Source of the DNA: an uncultured Verrucomicrobiae bacterium
Lineage (GTDB): Bacteria > Verrucomicrobiota > Verrucomicrobiia > Limisphaerales > JAFGQR01
Direction: 5' to 3'
DNA length: 64,000 bases
Assembly (NCBI GenBank): GCA_963788655.1
Contig: CAWBHS010000078.1
Location: forward strand, 32,001 to 96,000
Shown: positions 9,964 through 18,672 of the stretch, piece after piece
How the letters are laid out: every line of letters begins with the position of its first letter
Numbering within the stretch: the first letter of the stretch is position 1
The notes under the pieces: model-generated
The model's database searches: none
What the model saw: only the letters and a program-made list of their open reading frames with translations
What the model was told of the DNA's origin: nothing
Position numbers and translations under genes: made by a program

Positions 9964-10165
9964 GGTGCCTGAGTCCGGAAACCAACTCGTGAAAAGTGAT
10001 CAAAACGCTGGGATCTGCATCGGCCTCCCGTCGCCGGCTCAACACCTCCTCGTCCGACACCTCATAGACGGGTGTCTCCAGCCCATGCAACAGTTGGGAC
10101 GCGAGCGAAGCGCGCTCCTCCTCGGAGAGTTTTGCGGCTTCTGCAGAAATTTCTTGTAGCTTCAT
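9953..10165 (-). CDS. Addiction-module antitoxin
   Basis: 70 aa acidic protein, LSEEERASLASQLLHGL...EEVLSRR; directly upstream of the toxin. Confidence 0.82.
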   Translation of the reverse strand: MKLQEISAEAAKLSEEERASLASQLLHGLETPVYEVSDEEVLSRRREADADPSVLITFHELVSGLRHRGS

Positions 10166-10174
10166 AGCACTGAT

Positions 10175-10203
10175 ATTTTAGATGACACGCAACCCTGATG
10201 CCA
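10175..10203 (-). promoter_or_regulatory. Candidate sigma70 promoter of the TA cassette
   Basis: Minus strand TGGCAT-17bp-TAAAAT, 9 nt before the antitoxin ATG. Confidence 0.45.
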
Positions 10204-10214
10204 CTCCGATTTTT

Positions 10215-10324
10215 GGCAAACGCAGGCCACCGACAGCCGCCGGAACAGCAAGGACGCTGACGAGGAACCCGACATCGACAAACCGAGCGGCCGGCGGCGG
10301 TTTGATGGACTGTCTTGTGTGAGC
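10215..10324 (-). other. attC site (degenerate)
   Basis: Minus strand GCTCACAC...ACCGCCGCCGG / CCGGCGGCTGT...GTTTGCC hairpin, similar to neighbouring attCs. Confidence 0.65.
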
Positions 10325-10351
10325 TCAGCATAGGCGCCGTCCAAGAGGGGC

Positions 10352-10777
10352 TCAAGTTCCTACCCGATTGAGCGAATGACCAATGGTTTCGAGTCTTTGG
10401 CCCACTGTCAAACGCCCATCGGCCTCCATTACTGCACGTGTCTGGACGTATCCGAAGCCCGCCTGACAAATCCCAAAACGAAAAACCCGCCTCGTGGCCT
10501 CTGGAGGATCTCCATAGCCAATCTTTGGGAAGAACCAAATTGTATTGCCTTCCAGAATCACCATTAGCCCCTGAAAACACAGTAAGTCCTTCCGCTTGCC
10601 GGGAGGAATGCCGCCGCCGCATTCAGGATCTTTGGAAGCGACAGCAACAAAATGCCCCGTGTTGTTCTTGATGCACAGGCTGTGAAAGACGCAGCATCCA
10701 AATACACGGAACACCATGACCGCTACCACTGAGCAGAATACATTGCGACCCAAGGAATATGCAACGGCGTGCTTCAT
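10352..10777 (-). CDS. Integron cassette protein, hypothetical (N-terminal hydrophobic segment)
   Basis: ATG lies 3 nt after the GTTGGGC core; the ORF fills the space between two attCs. Confidence 0.6.
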   Translation of the reverse strand: MKHAVAYSLGRNVFCSVVAVMVFRVFGCCVFHSLCIKNNTGHFVAVASKDPECGGGIPPGKRKDLLCFQGLMVILEGNTIWFFPKIGYGDPPEATRRVFRFGICQAGFGYVQTRAVMEADGRLTVGQRLETIGHSLNRVGT

Positions 10778-10780
10778 CGC

Positions 10781-10903
10781 GCCCAACGCCAATCACCGGC
10801 CGCCGCCGGAAGCGGGCGCTGGCAGCGAATCCAGCGTCTGGATAATTCAGCGCGACCGAATTCAAACGCAGGCCGGCGGTTCGTGTGCGTCCGTTTGTCA
10901 TCC
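10781..10903 (-). other. attC site
   Basis: 123 bp, near-identical to attCs at 11758 and 12723; R' GTTGGGC, R'' degenerate (GGATGAC). Confidence 0.8.
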
Positions 10904-11380
10904 GATATGTTTGTCTAAAGGTAACCCTAGCTTGTGGGCCAGTACCTCTGCCTCTCCGTATGCGTGCTCGCAGGGATGTCCAGATGCAACCTCGAAATAA
11001 GTAATCTCCATCACTTTGCCGCTCTGGCGCCGTAAGCCAATGTAGATCATGTCGTTTTCGCGAACCCGCTCAAACCGACGATACGTAACAGCGGTAAAGC
11101 CCCCAATGGAATATCGTGTGAACCAAATGCGCAAACAGCCGAAAAGAAGGCTCTCTCTGGACACGACATGAGATTCCGTGTCAATGCGTGTCCAATGCTC
11201 GACAAACAAAGCGAATCCACAAATGAGAAATGCGTAACCGAAGATGGACCACGGCCCGGATTCCTGATGAGGCGCAACCAGAAGGGATACCACACCACAC
11301 GCAGTCGCAAAAATCCCGCCCAAGTAATGGTATGCCCGGCGATAAGGGTGCCAATGGTATGAGATGATCGCCTCGGACAT
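10898..11380 (-). CDS. Integron cassette membrane protein (2 TM plus soluble domain)
   Basis: Two hydrophobic segments; the ORF fills the cassette and its stop lies in the attC R'' box. Confidence 0.7.
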   Translation of the reverse strand: MSEAIISYHWHPYRRAYHYLGGIFATACGVVSLLVAPHQESGPWSIFGYAFLICGFALFVEHWTRIDTESHVVSRESLLFGCLRIWFTRYSIGGFTAVTYRRFERVRENDMIYIGLRRQSGKVMEITYFEVASGHPCEHAYGEAEVLAHKLGLPLDKHIG

Positions 11381-11395
11381 GGCGTTCAATATTTC

Positions 11396-11485
11396 GCCTA
11401 ACGCTGAACGCAGCCACGCCGGGACGATGGCGCTCGATTGAAACCCTGACGGCCTCCCGGTATTGTCTGACGTGACTGGTTCGGC
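11396..11485 (-). other. attC site
   Basis: Minus strand GCCGAAC...GTTAGGC, 90-bp imperfect hairpin. Confidence 0.88.
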
Positions 11486-11507
11486 GATCTGTCCCTCAGA
11501 AGCTCAA

Positions 11508-11742
11508 TCATGGTTTCTGTCCCTTGGAATGCTCGACTCTGAGCAAGTCGTCCACTGATGGCTTGGGGCTAGGCCGCTGTCGCCTGTTGCGACACATCGC
11601 CACCAACCTGCTCGCGATCCCGCAGACCGAGAGGCACAACCATAGAATCGTTAGTGTGGTCCATCCTGACGAGGTGCCGCGCACTACAAAGTATGCCCCC
11701 ACAGGCGGCAAACATCAGTATCAGCGCGATGTTGACTCTCAT
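11508..11742 (-). CDS. Integron cassette small membrane protein (probable +1 frameshift near 11705)
   Basis: MRVNIALILMFAA (ATG 11742) joins VGAYFVVRG...TILWLCLSVCGIA in another frame to give two TM helices. Confidence 0.55.
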
Positions 11743-11757
11743 GGCGCGTACGTTATT

Positions 11758-11883
11758 GCCGAACGCAAAGGATCACCGACCGCCGCGGGGAGCGCACGCT
11801 GGCTGCGAATCCAGCGTCCGAATAATCTGGCCTGTCCGAACTGAAGCACGGGGCGGCGGTTCGGGTGAATCCGATTGTTCGGC
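11758..11883 (-). other. attC site
   Basis: GCCGAAC...GTTCGGC, 126-bp hairpin. Confidence 0.88.
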
Positions 11884-11897
11884 GGCCCAATCATTGG

Positions 11898-12326
11898 TCA
11901 CTCTCTTTTCTTTCTGGCCGGCTTCGATGGCATCGCCTCAGTTTCGCGGATGATGCGTGCGGTGGCTCCGAACAACAAGTCACGCACTCCCCATACCGTG
12001 CCGTTGGTGCCGACACCTTCGTAACGAACAAACAACCAACCTGGATGAACGGTGATGGGCTTGCCCTCGTTCGCGGCAGGATCCCAGCGATACGTGTTCC
12101 AGCCGACGCGGGTGTAACTGCCGTCAGGGCTAGGACTGTCAAGGCCATGGTAAAAGATGACCCGGCCGTCGGCGTATCGGACGAAGGCGTGCAGGTCGCA
12201 CAGGTGGTAGGTGAGGTAGCCGGTCCAGTTACCTCGGAGCGGAATCGGAAGGACGAGCCGACACAGCACAAGAAACCCGATGGCAGTAAAGGCCAATTTT
12301 AGTCTGCGTTTTGCGACCGGTTTCAT
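11898..12326 (-). CDS. Integron cassette protein, membrane-anchored or secreted hypothetical
   Basis: MKPVAKRRLKLAFTAIGFLVLCRLVL; ATG 6 nt after the GTTCGGC core. Confidence 0.7.
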   Translation of the reverse strand: MKPVAKRRLKLAFTAIGFLVLCRLVLPIPLRGNWTGYLTYHLCDLHAFVRYADGRVIFYHGLDSPSPDGSYTRVGWNTYRWDPAANEGKPITVHPGWLFVRYEGVGTNGTVWGVRDLLFGATARIIRETEAMPSKPARKKRE

Positions 12327-12332
12327 TTTTCC

Positions 12333-12457
12333 GCCGAACGCGAAGCTCACCCACAGCCGCCGGAGCGAGGCGTCCGCAGCGAATCGGGCGTCTGCATTTC
12401 CGGGGACGGTGGGAACTGGCAGGGCGGGCGGCTGTTGGGTGTAGCGTCTGGTTCGGC
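12333..12457 (-). other. attC site
   Basis: GCCGAAC...GTTCGGC, 125 bp, CCCACAGCCGCC/GGCGGCTGTTGGG stem. Confidence 0.88.
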
Positions 12458-12709
12458 ATTCCGATTCCGACTCCGCAGCCGGCAGCCGGCCCCGACGAAA
12501 AAACCAAGGACTGCAAACAGGAACAAGATGACAGCAATACTCCTGATCGCATCTCCAGGCTCCCTGGCACTCATGCTTAGCACCTCAGCAACCCTCCGGA
12601 GCCCGACCAGACAAACCGCAATGCCCAAGACAGCAGCAATGAGCGCACCGGTCAATCCAGTCCAGATGACTGATCGAAGACTTGCTTTGTTGTGCGAGAA
12701 TTGTGACAT
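12347..12709 (-). CDS. Integron cassette 2-TM membrane protein reading through its attC
   Basis: Two TM helices; last ~36 codons are encoded by the attC. Confidence 0.7.
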   Translation of the reverse strand: MSQFSHNKASLRSVIWTGLTGALIAAVLGIAVCLVGLRRVAEVLSMSAREPGDAIRSIAVILFLFAVLGFFVGAGCRLRSRNRNAEPDATPNSRPPCQFPPSPEMQTPDSLRTPRSGGCG

Positions 12710-12722
12710 GGCTCCGTCTTAC

Positions 12723-12848
12723 GCCGAACGCAAAGGATCACCGACCGCCGCCGGAAACGGGCGGTGGCAGCGAATCCAGCGTCCGAATAACGCGGTCAGC
12801 CCGAACTGAAGCGCGGGGCGGTGGTTCGTGTGCATCCGCTTGTTAGCC
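12723..12848 (-). other. attC site
   Basis: GGCTAAC...GTTCGGC, 126 bp. Confidence 0.88.
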
Positions 12849-12861
12849 ATTCCGCGTCTCA

Positions 12862-13224
12862 TCAGTTCAAAATGTCGGCGACGCGTGCCGTGGCGAGATG
12901 GCCACAGACGCCACACGCCAGCAACACCAGTATGCCGAAGGAAACAAAGATGACCAGTCTCCGTCGCGGCGACCATGAAACGGTAACGGGGCTGGCCAAT
13001 AAGACACCACCAACCGTCAAGCAGCCAAAGCTCGTGAACGCTGTCGGCAAGGTGAAAGCTGAACAAACTTCGCCGAAAGTCGCTGGCGTCGGAAATCCTC
13101 CTCGGTAAAACGCGCCCTGGAGCCAGACGCCAAACAAGCCGCCGATCGTCGTGACCACTCCCAGTACCAGAATAATCCATGAGAGGATCTTCCGGTCGCG
13201 CGCAGTTATGGAGAGCGTGCTCAT
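12862..13224 (-). CDS. First cassette: 3-TM membrane protein
   Basis: Three hydrophobic segments; ATG directly follows the GTTAGCC core. Confidence 0.72.
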   Translation of the reverse strand: MSTLSITARDRKILSWIILVLGVVTTIGGLFGVWLQGAFYRGGFPTPATFGEVCSAFTLPTAFTSFGCLTVGGVLLASPVTVSWSPRRRLVIFVSFGILVLLACGVCGHLATARVADILN

Positions 13225-13308
13225 GGCTAACGCTGTTTAGGCGTACCAACGGGTGAAATAACAGAATTAGGCAGAAAAAAGTTACCTTTTACCCTGTTAG
13301 GCAGAAAA
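13225..13308 (-). other. attI-like site
   Basis: Minus strand GCCTAAAC-AGC-GTTAGCC simple site with no long hairpin; TTAGGC repeated on + at 13237, 13267 and 13297. Confidence 0.7.
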
Positions 13309-13544
13309 TCAGTTTCCATAGGAGCAAAGGAATACTTCGTCTGCACAACAAGTCAACTCCGTAGTTAAGTGGTTACGGTCATTCGGTTCCTCTTCAGACG
13401 CTCCCGAAGTTTCCCCGATGCTTGCCTCGGCTTTGAAGGCTTCCGCGCGTTCGCCGGCAACGGTGTTGCCAATGACGCAACTGCCGGGAAAATCAGTCGT
13501 GAAATACGCTTTGCTTGGCGCGGGGCATTTGTTTCCATCGCTTC

Positions 13545-14306
13545 ATGTCAACTGTGAAGCTGCCAACCATGGTCCGTTACTGCGACCGGATGCTGCGCCC
13601 GGATCAGGTCCAGGATTGGGACGGGGCCGTAAACGGCCTGCAAGTCGAGAATGCGGGGCCAGTGAAACGCCTCGCCGCCGCCGTGGACGCCAGTCTGGCC
13701 ACTGTCCAAATGGCCGCGGACGCCCAGGCGGATTTGCTGCTCGTTCATCATGGATTGTTTTGGTCGGCCCGCCAGCCCTGGACCGGCAAGAACTATGCGT
13801 TGCTCCGGTTGCTGCTCGATCACCACTTGGCGGTGTATAGCTCGCACTTGCCGCTGGACCGGCACCCTCGGTTCGGCAACAACGCGCTGTTGGCTGCCGC
13901 CCTCGGTTTCCAGCGACGGCAACCGTTCTTCTTTGACCGCGGGCAGTATCTCGGTTTCCAGGTCCAGGCCAACCTTCGTCGCGACGTGCTGGCCAAACGC
14001 TTGCACCAAGCCACCGGTGCGGAACCGCGAGTGGTGCCCGGCGGCCCGGCCGTGTGCCGGCGCATCGGGATTGTCACGGGTGGGGCTGGCGCCGAACTGA
14101 AGCTGGCCGCGAGTGAAGGCGTGGATACGTTCATCACCGGCGAAGGGCCGCATTGGACGTATGCGTTGGCGGAAGAATTGGGGATCAACGTGCTGTATGG
14201 CGGCCATTACGCGACGGAAACGTTCGGCGTCAAAGCCCTCGCCGAACATCTTGCCGAAAAGTTTAAGCTCTCGTGGGTGTTCCTGGATCATCCCACAGGG
14301 CTTTGA
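13545..14306 (+). CDS. Nif3-like dinuclear metal centre protein (YbgI family)
   Basis: NGLQVE, LVHHGLFW, SHLPLD, FITGE, GGHYATETFGV. Confidence 0.92.
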   Translation: MSTVKLPTMVRYCDRMLRPDQVQDWDGAVNGLQVENAGPVKRLAAAVDASLATVQMAADAQADLLLVHHGLFWSARQPWTGKNYALLRLLLDHHLAVYSSHLPLDRHPRFGNNALLAAALGFQRRQPFFFDRGQYLGFQVQANLRRDVLAKRLHQATGAEPRVVPGGPAVCRRIGIVTGGAGAELKLAASEGVDTFITGEGPHWTYALAEELGINVLYGGHYATETFGVKALAEHLAEKFKLSWVFLDHPTGL

Positions 14307-14386
14307 AAGACTGTGCAAAGACGATGTGCATCCTCACTTTGCGGATGAGTTTGGTCCGGTTGGGGAGGAATCAATAGAATGTTCGC

Positions 14387-15436
14387 GTGAAAGAAACGAT
14401 CCGTCACCGTGCGTTGGAGCTTGGCTTTGATGCCTGTCGTTTTACGACGGCGGAAGCACCGGAATCCGCTTCGCATTTGCAGCGCTGGCTCGAGGCCGGC
14501 CGACAGGGAGAAATGGCCTACCTGCAACGCACCGCCGCCAAACGCAACAATCCCCAACTGGTGCTGCCGGGAGCGCGGAGCGTGATCACCCTGGCGGTCT
14601 CGTATGCGCGCGACCCGAGCACCGCGACGACGAATTTGGAATCATCGCGCCCGTTTCCCGGCGTCATTGCCCGTTACGCCCGGTTTGACGATTATCACGA
14701 CGTGCTGGCGGGGCCGCTGAAAGAACTGAGCCAACTGGTGAACACCCTCGGCGGCGACGAAACGCGCTCGTTATGGTATGTCGATACCGGACCACTCCTG
14801 GAACGCGACCTGGCGCAACGGGCGGGACTCGGATTCGTAGGCAAGCACACCAACCTCATCAGCCGGTCCCTGGGAAACTGGTTCTTTTTGGCGGAAATCA
14901 TCACCACCCTCGAATTGCCACCGGACGCGCCGGAGAAGAACCATTGCGGCAACTGCACTCGCTGTATCCCGGCGTGCCCGACCGGAGCCATCCTTGGCCC
15001 GTTTCAACTCGACGCCCGGTTGTGCATCTCCTACCTGACGATCGAATTGAAAGGGGCCATTCCGGTGGAACTGCGTCCGTTGATGGGCAATCGCATTTTT
15101 GGCTGCGACGATTGCCTGGCGGCGTGCCCATGGAATCGGTTTGCGCACGCGGGACGATTGCTTGAATCCCACGCCCACACCGACCTGGCCCAGCCGGATT
15201 TGCTCGAATTATTGCAACTTGATGAGCCCGCATTGCGCCAACGGTTTCGGGGCACTCCCATCCTGCGCAGCAAGCGCCGCGGACTGCTCCGCAATGTCTG
15301 CGTGGCCCTGGGCAACGTGGGTGATGCCACCGCCTTGCCAGCGTTGCGCGAAGCCGCCAGCGATTCCGAGCCGCTGATTGCGGAGCATGCCCGTTGGGCG
15401 GTGCAACGCCTCGAGGAAAGGCTGGGCGGACAATAA
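14387..15436 (+). CDS. queG: tRNA epoxyqueuosine(34) reductase
   Basis: DYHDV, YVDTGPLLERD, CGNCTRCIPACPT, CISYLTIE, GCDDCLAACPWN; C-terminal HEAT repeat. Confidence 0.95.
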   Translation: MKETIRHRALELGFDACRFTTAEAPESASHLQRWLEAGRQGEMAYLQRTAAKRNNPQLVLPGARSVITLAVSYARDPSTATTNLESSRPFPGVIARYARFDDYHDVLAGPLKELSQLVNTLGGDETRSLWYVDTGPLLERDLAQRAGLGFVGKHTNLISRSLGNWFFLAEIITTLELPPDAPEKNHCGNCTRCIPACPTGAILGPFQLDARLCISYLTIELKGAIPVELRPLMGNRIFGCDDCLAACPWNRFAHAGRLLESHAHTDLAQPDLLELLQLDEPALRQRFRGTPILRSKRRGLLRNVCVALGNVGDATALPALREAASDSEPLIAEHARWAVQRLEERLGGQ

Positions 15437-15770
15437 ATCCGAAGACCGAAGGTCAAAATCTGAAAGACTGTAAACTACAGGGCGCGGTGGTAAGACGAGA
15501 CTCCGTCGAGCCCTGATTTCTCCGCAGCGCTATCGCAGTCCCGGCAGCGTAAATGTGGGAAGCCTTTGGCCGTTCGAAACACCAGGAACTTCCCTTTAGT
15601 CGCGTTTGCACTTTCGAACGCCTTTGGAAGAATCAGGGCTCGACGGAGTCTCGCCCTACCATCTGATATTGAGACCTCGAAGGTGTGGGGTGTGCGCAAG
15701 AACCATTTCGGGCCTCGGATTTCGGACTTCGGTTTTCTTTCGGATTTTGGATTCCGCGCTTCGGAATTTG
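15435..15770. repeat. Heptamer-repeat inverted element (CCGAA/TTCGG units) enclosing a REPIN
   Basis: AAATCCGAAGACCGAAGG... left arm and TTTCGGGCCTCGGATTTCGGACTTCGG... right arm. Confidence 0.65.
15489..15660. repeat. REPIN (family 2) copy 2
   Basis: Arms 15489-15516 and 15633-15660 match copy 1. Confidence 0.85.
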
Positions 15771-15831
15771 CCCTCGTTCCTTGACTTTGGTCCGGTGCCT
15801 CAGCAGCTTATGCCCACAACAAAAGGCAATA

Positions 15832-17103
15832 ATGCAAAAGAACGATTCAATCGACACGCTCATCATCGGCGCCGGACCCGCCGGAGCCGCCGCCGCCGCG
15901 GTGCTGGCCGAACACGGACACCGGGTCCTCGTGCTGGAACGGGAAAAGTTGCCGCGCTACCGCGTGGGCGAATCGATGGTCCCATTTACCTATTACCCGT
16001 TGGAACGGCTGGGGCTGATTGAAAAGATGCGCCAGTCGGCGTTCGTGAAAAAATACAGCGTCCAGTTTGTTACGCCGGGTGGCAAGGCCAGTCATCCCTT
16101 CTATTTTTTCAGCCGGTATGATCGCGACACCGTGGCGCAAACCTGGCAGGTGTTGCGCTCGGAATTCGACCAACTGCTGGTGGACAACGCCCGCCAACGC
16201 GGCGCGGTGATTCGCGAAGAAGTCGCGGTCAAAGAATTGCTGAAAGAGGGCGGCCGCGTCGTTGGCGTTCGTGCCGAAGACCGCGACGGTCGCCTGACTG
16301 ACTACCGCGCACCGATCACGTTGGACTGTTCGGGCAAGGAGGCGTTCGCCGCAGTGCGGGAGAACTGGCGGATGAAAGATCCGCGCCTTAACAACCTGGC
16401 GGTGTGGACGTATTACGAGGGCGCCATGCGCGACGAGGGTATCAATGCCGGCGCCACCACCATTGCCATGATTCCGGAACGCGCTTGGTTTTGGTACATC
16501 CCGCAGCACAATGACCGGGTGAGCGTCGGCGTGGTGGGCGAAGGCAAATACTTGACCCGCGATGGGGTGAAAACACCGGAAGCCATTTTCCAGCGGGAGA
16601 TGGAACAAGCCGCGTGGGTGAAGGATCACCTCGCACCGGGACGGCAGACGGGGCCATATTACCTGACCAACGAATACACGTTTCACGCCAAGCATTGCGG
16701 TGCCGAGGGGCTGCTGCTGGTCGGTGACGCTTTCTGTTTTCTGGATCCGGTGTTCTCTTCCGGCCTGCTCCTGGCTTTGAAGACCGGGGTCATGGCGGGC
16801 GAGGCGGTGCATGAAGCGATCCAGGCAAAGGACTTCCACCCCGCGCGGTTCGCCGATTACGCTGCCAGCGCGCGGCAGGGGATCGAAAACATGCGCAAAC
16901 TGGTCTATGCATTTTACGATCCCGAGTTCAGTTTTCGCCGGGTGATCGAGAAACATCCCAACCTGGCCAACGACATCACGGATTGTCTCTCCGGTGACGT
17001 GAATAAAGATTTTTCGTGCTTGTGGGAAGCCGTTGCTGAAATCGTCGAAGTGCCCGAAAACTTGCCCTACGGCGCGCCGTTGTCAGCCAAGGGTATGCAG
17101 TGA
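15832..17103 (+). CDS. FAD-dependent oxidoreductase, flavin-dependent halogenase family
   Basis: GAGPAG, RYRVGES, WFWYIP (WxWxIP), GDAFCFLDPVFSSG. Confidence 0.82.
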   Translation: MQKNDSIDTLIIGAGPAGAAAAAVLAEHGHRVLVLEREKLPRYRVGESMVPFTYYPLERLGLIEKMRQSAFVKKYSVQFVTPGGKASHPFYFFSRYDRDTVAQTWQVLRSEFDQLLVDNARQRGAVIREEVAVKELLKEGGRVVGVRAEDRDGRLTDYRAPITLDCSGKEAFAAVRENWRMKDPRLNNLAVWTYYEGAMRDEGINAGATTIAMIPERAWFWYIPQHNDRVSVGVVGEGKYLTRDGVKTPEAIFQREMEQAAWVKDHLAPGRQTGPYYLTNEYTFHAKHCGAEGLLLVGDAFCFLDPVFSSGLLLALKTGVMAGEAVHEAIQAKDFHPARFADYAASARQGIENMRKLVYAFYDPEFSFRRVIEKHPNLANDITDCLSGDVNKDFSCLWEAVAEIVEVPENLPYGAPLSAKGMQ

Positions 17104-17115
17104 CTGCAAGGATTT

Positions 17116-18492
17116 TCAATTTCGCAGTTCCGTGCGAGGTGGCGTTTGCCCGGTGCGCGCCTGACGGAATTTGTCTTCGAGATTCATTACCATGAGATGG
17201 CGTTGGGCCGCGAAGGCTTGGGGAGACTCGGGATGTTCCCGCACCAATTGTTCGAGCAATTGCCTGCCGGTGGTTTCGTCGCGACGAAAACGCAAGTGCC
17301 ACCCGGCCAGCAATTGCAACCATTCGGCGACTTTGGCCGCCGGCTGATTCGGCATGCCCAGCAGCAGTTCAACCTGTTCAATGGCGGGATCGATTTTGCC
17401 CAGGTCCTCGGCGAAAATGCGGGCCAGATCCTCCCGCGCCGGAACGTCGTCCGGATTCAGTCGGAGCTTTTCCACCCGCTGATTGGCACGGGCAATGGCT
17501 TGGTCGCGGCTGGTCGTTGGTTCGTCCGGCTCGGCCTCCGGATTCGCGCGCAGGGCTGGCAGGCGAATCCGTTTGCCCTGTCGTTGTTCCAGCAGTTCCT
17601 CCCGAGTGGCGGGCAGCAGGTTTATCCGTTGGCGTGCCATCAGGCTGACGTGCAGGTCGGGAAACAGATCACAAATAAACTGGAGCGTGCGCCGGGCGGC
17701 CACCGGATCGTTACCCAATTCCAATTGCCAATCGGCCAGGCGATTCAGGGCCACGCCGACCTCGGAAGGATTTGGGTTGGGCTGGAGGCAGAGATCAAGC
17801 ACCGCTTGCTCGGCGGACGCCAGATCGTGGAAATGTTTCGCGTAGAGTTCCGCCAACATCATCCAGCCCGCGAAATCGTTCTCCGCGGTTTCCAACTGAC
17901 GAATGATTTCCCACTCGGCCTCGGTGAATTTGCCGAATTTCATGCTGGCAATGGCGCGGGAATACGCCGGTGGGGGAGGGGGAGAAGGTTGTTCGCGCAG
18001 CAATACGTGAGTCACCGGCCCCAGCCAGACGGCCGCCGCGAGCCCCGCGCCGCCCCAGCCGGTCGAAAAGAACAGCACCAGCGCCACCGGAGCCAGCAGC
18101 ACACTCCACAAGCCGGCCGCGAGCAGCATATCCTTCCGTTGGCGGGAATGAATCACCACTTCGACCGCCAGCCAACCGCAGGTCACGGCCAACCAGTAGG
18201 TCGCAATGACCAGGGAAACAGCCGCGGAGCTGCGGGCCAGTCGCGTCAGCCAGTCCCAACTGCCCCACGGCATTTGCGCCGTCGTTGGCACCATCAGCGG
18301 CGGCAACCCGGGCAGAAGTCCGGAATTGAGCGCCAGCCAGGCCAGCACGGGGAAGCCGAGTCCTTTGAGCACCCAAGGCAGATACCAGCGTTTCAAGCGG
18401 GCGGGATCCGTGCCATCAAGCCGCTGCCACAGCATGTAACCCATCCCCACCGGGACGAAGCAGCAAGCCCAGGCTAGCAATAAAGCAATCAT
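17116..18492 (-). CDS. Membrane protein with C-terminal TPR repeats
   Basis: About five N-terminal TM helices, a Pro-rich linker and helical TPR-like repeats. Confidence 0.72.
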   Translation of the reverse strand: MIALLLAWACCFVPVGMGYMLWQRLDGTDPARLKRWYLPWVLKGLGFPVLAWLALNSGLLPGLPPLMVPTTAQMPWGSWDWLTRLARSSAAVSLVIATYWLAVTCGWLAVEVVIHSRQRKDMLLAAGLWSVLLAPVALVLFFSTGWGGAGLAAAVWLGPVTHVLLREQPSPPPPPAYSRAIASMKFGKFTEAEWEIIRQLETAENDFAGWMMLAELYAKHFHDLASAEQAVLDLCLQPNPNPSEVGVALNRLADWQLELGNDPVAARRTLQFICDLFPDLHVSLMARQRINLLPATREELLEQRQGKRIRLPALRANPEAEPDEPTTSRDQAIARANQRVEKLRLNPDDVPAREDLARIFAEDLGKIDPAIEQVELLLGMPNQPAAKVAEWLQLLAGWHLRFRRDETTGRQLLEQLVREHPESPQAFAAQRHLMVMNLEDKFRQARTGQTPPRTELRN

Positions 18493-18672
18493 GTTACCGG
18501 CGCACGCCAGTGAATGGACCGTCCGTGCGCGACTGACTCACGCGCGTTGAAGTTGTCCTCCGGTCCTTCATGCTGGTTGCCTTCAAGAGCCAAGCACAGT
18601 CCGGCGCGGTTTTCACGTTCTTTTGCCGATGGCGGCCAAGCGGTGTTCATTCCGTGGCTGGAGCGGCAATAA

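Noticed and set aside
10215..12848. Repeats as a CRISPR array
   Set aside because: Repeats are 90-126 bp imperfect hairpins separated by whole ORFs, and no cas genes are present; they fit attC.
13329..13356. Pc-like promoter TTGACT-16-TATTCC pointing into the cassette array
   Set aside because: The -10 box is weak and the spacing suboptimal; it cannot be supported without transcript data.
13309..13544. Integrase remnant next to the attI-like site
   Set aside because: No tyrosine recombinase motifs were recognisable in the short ORFs here.
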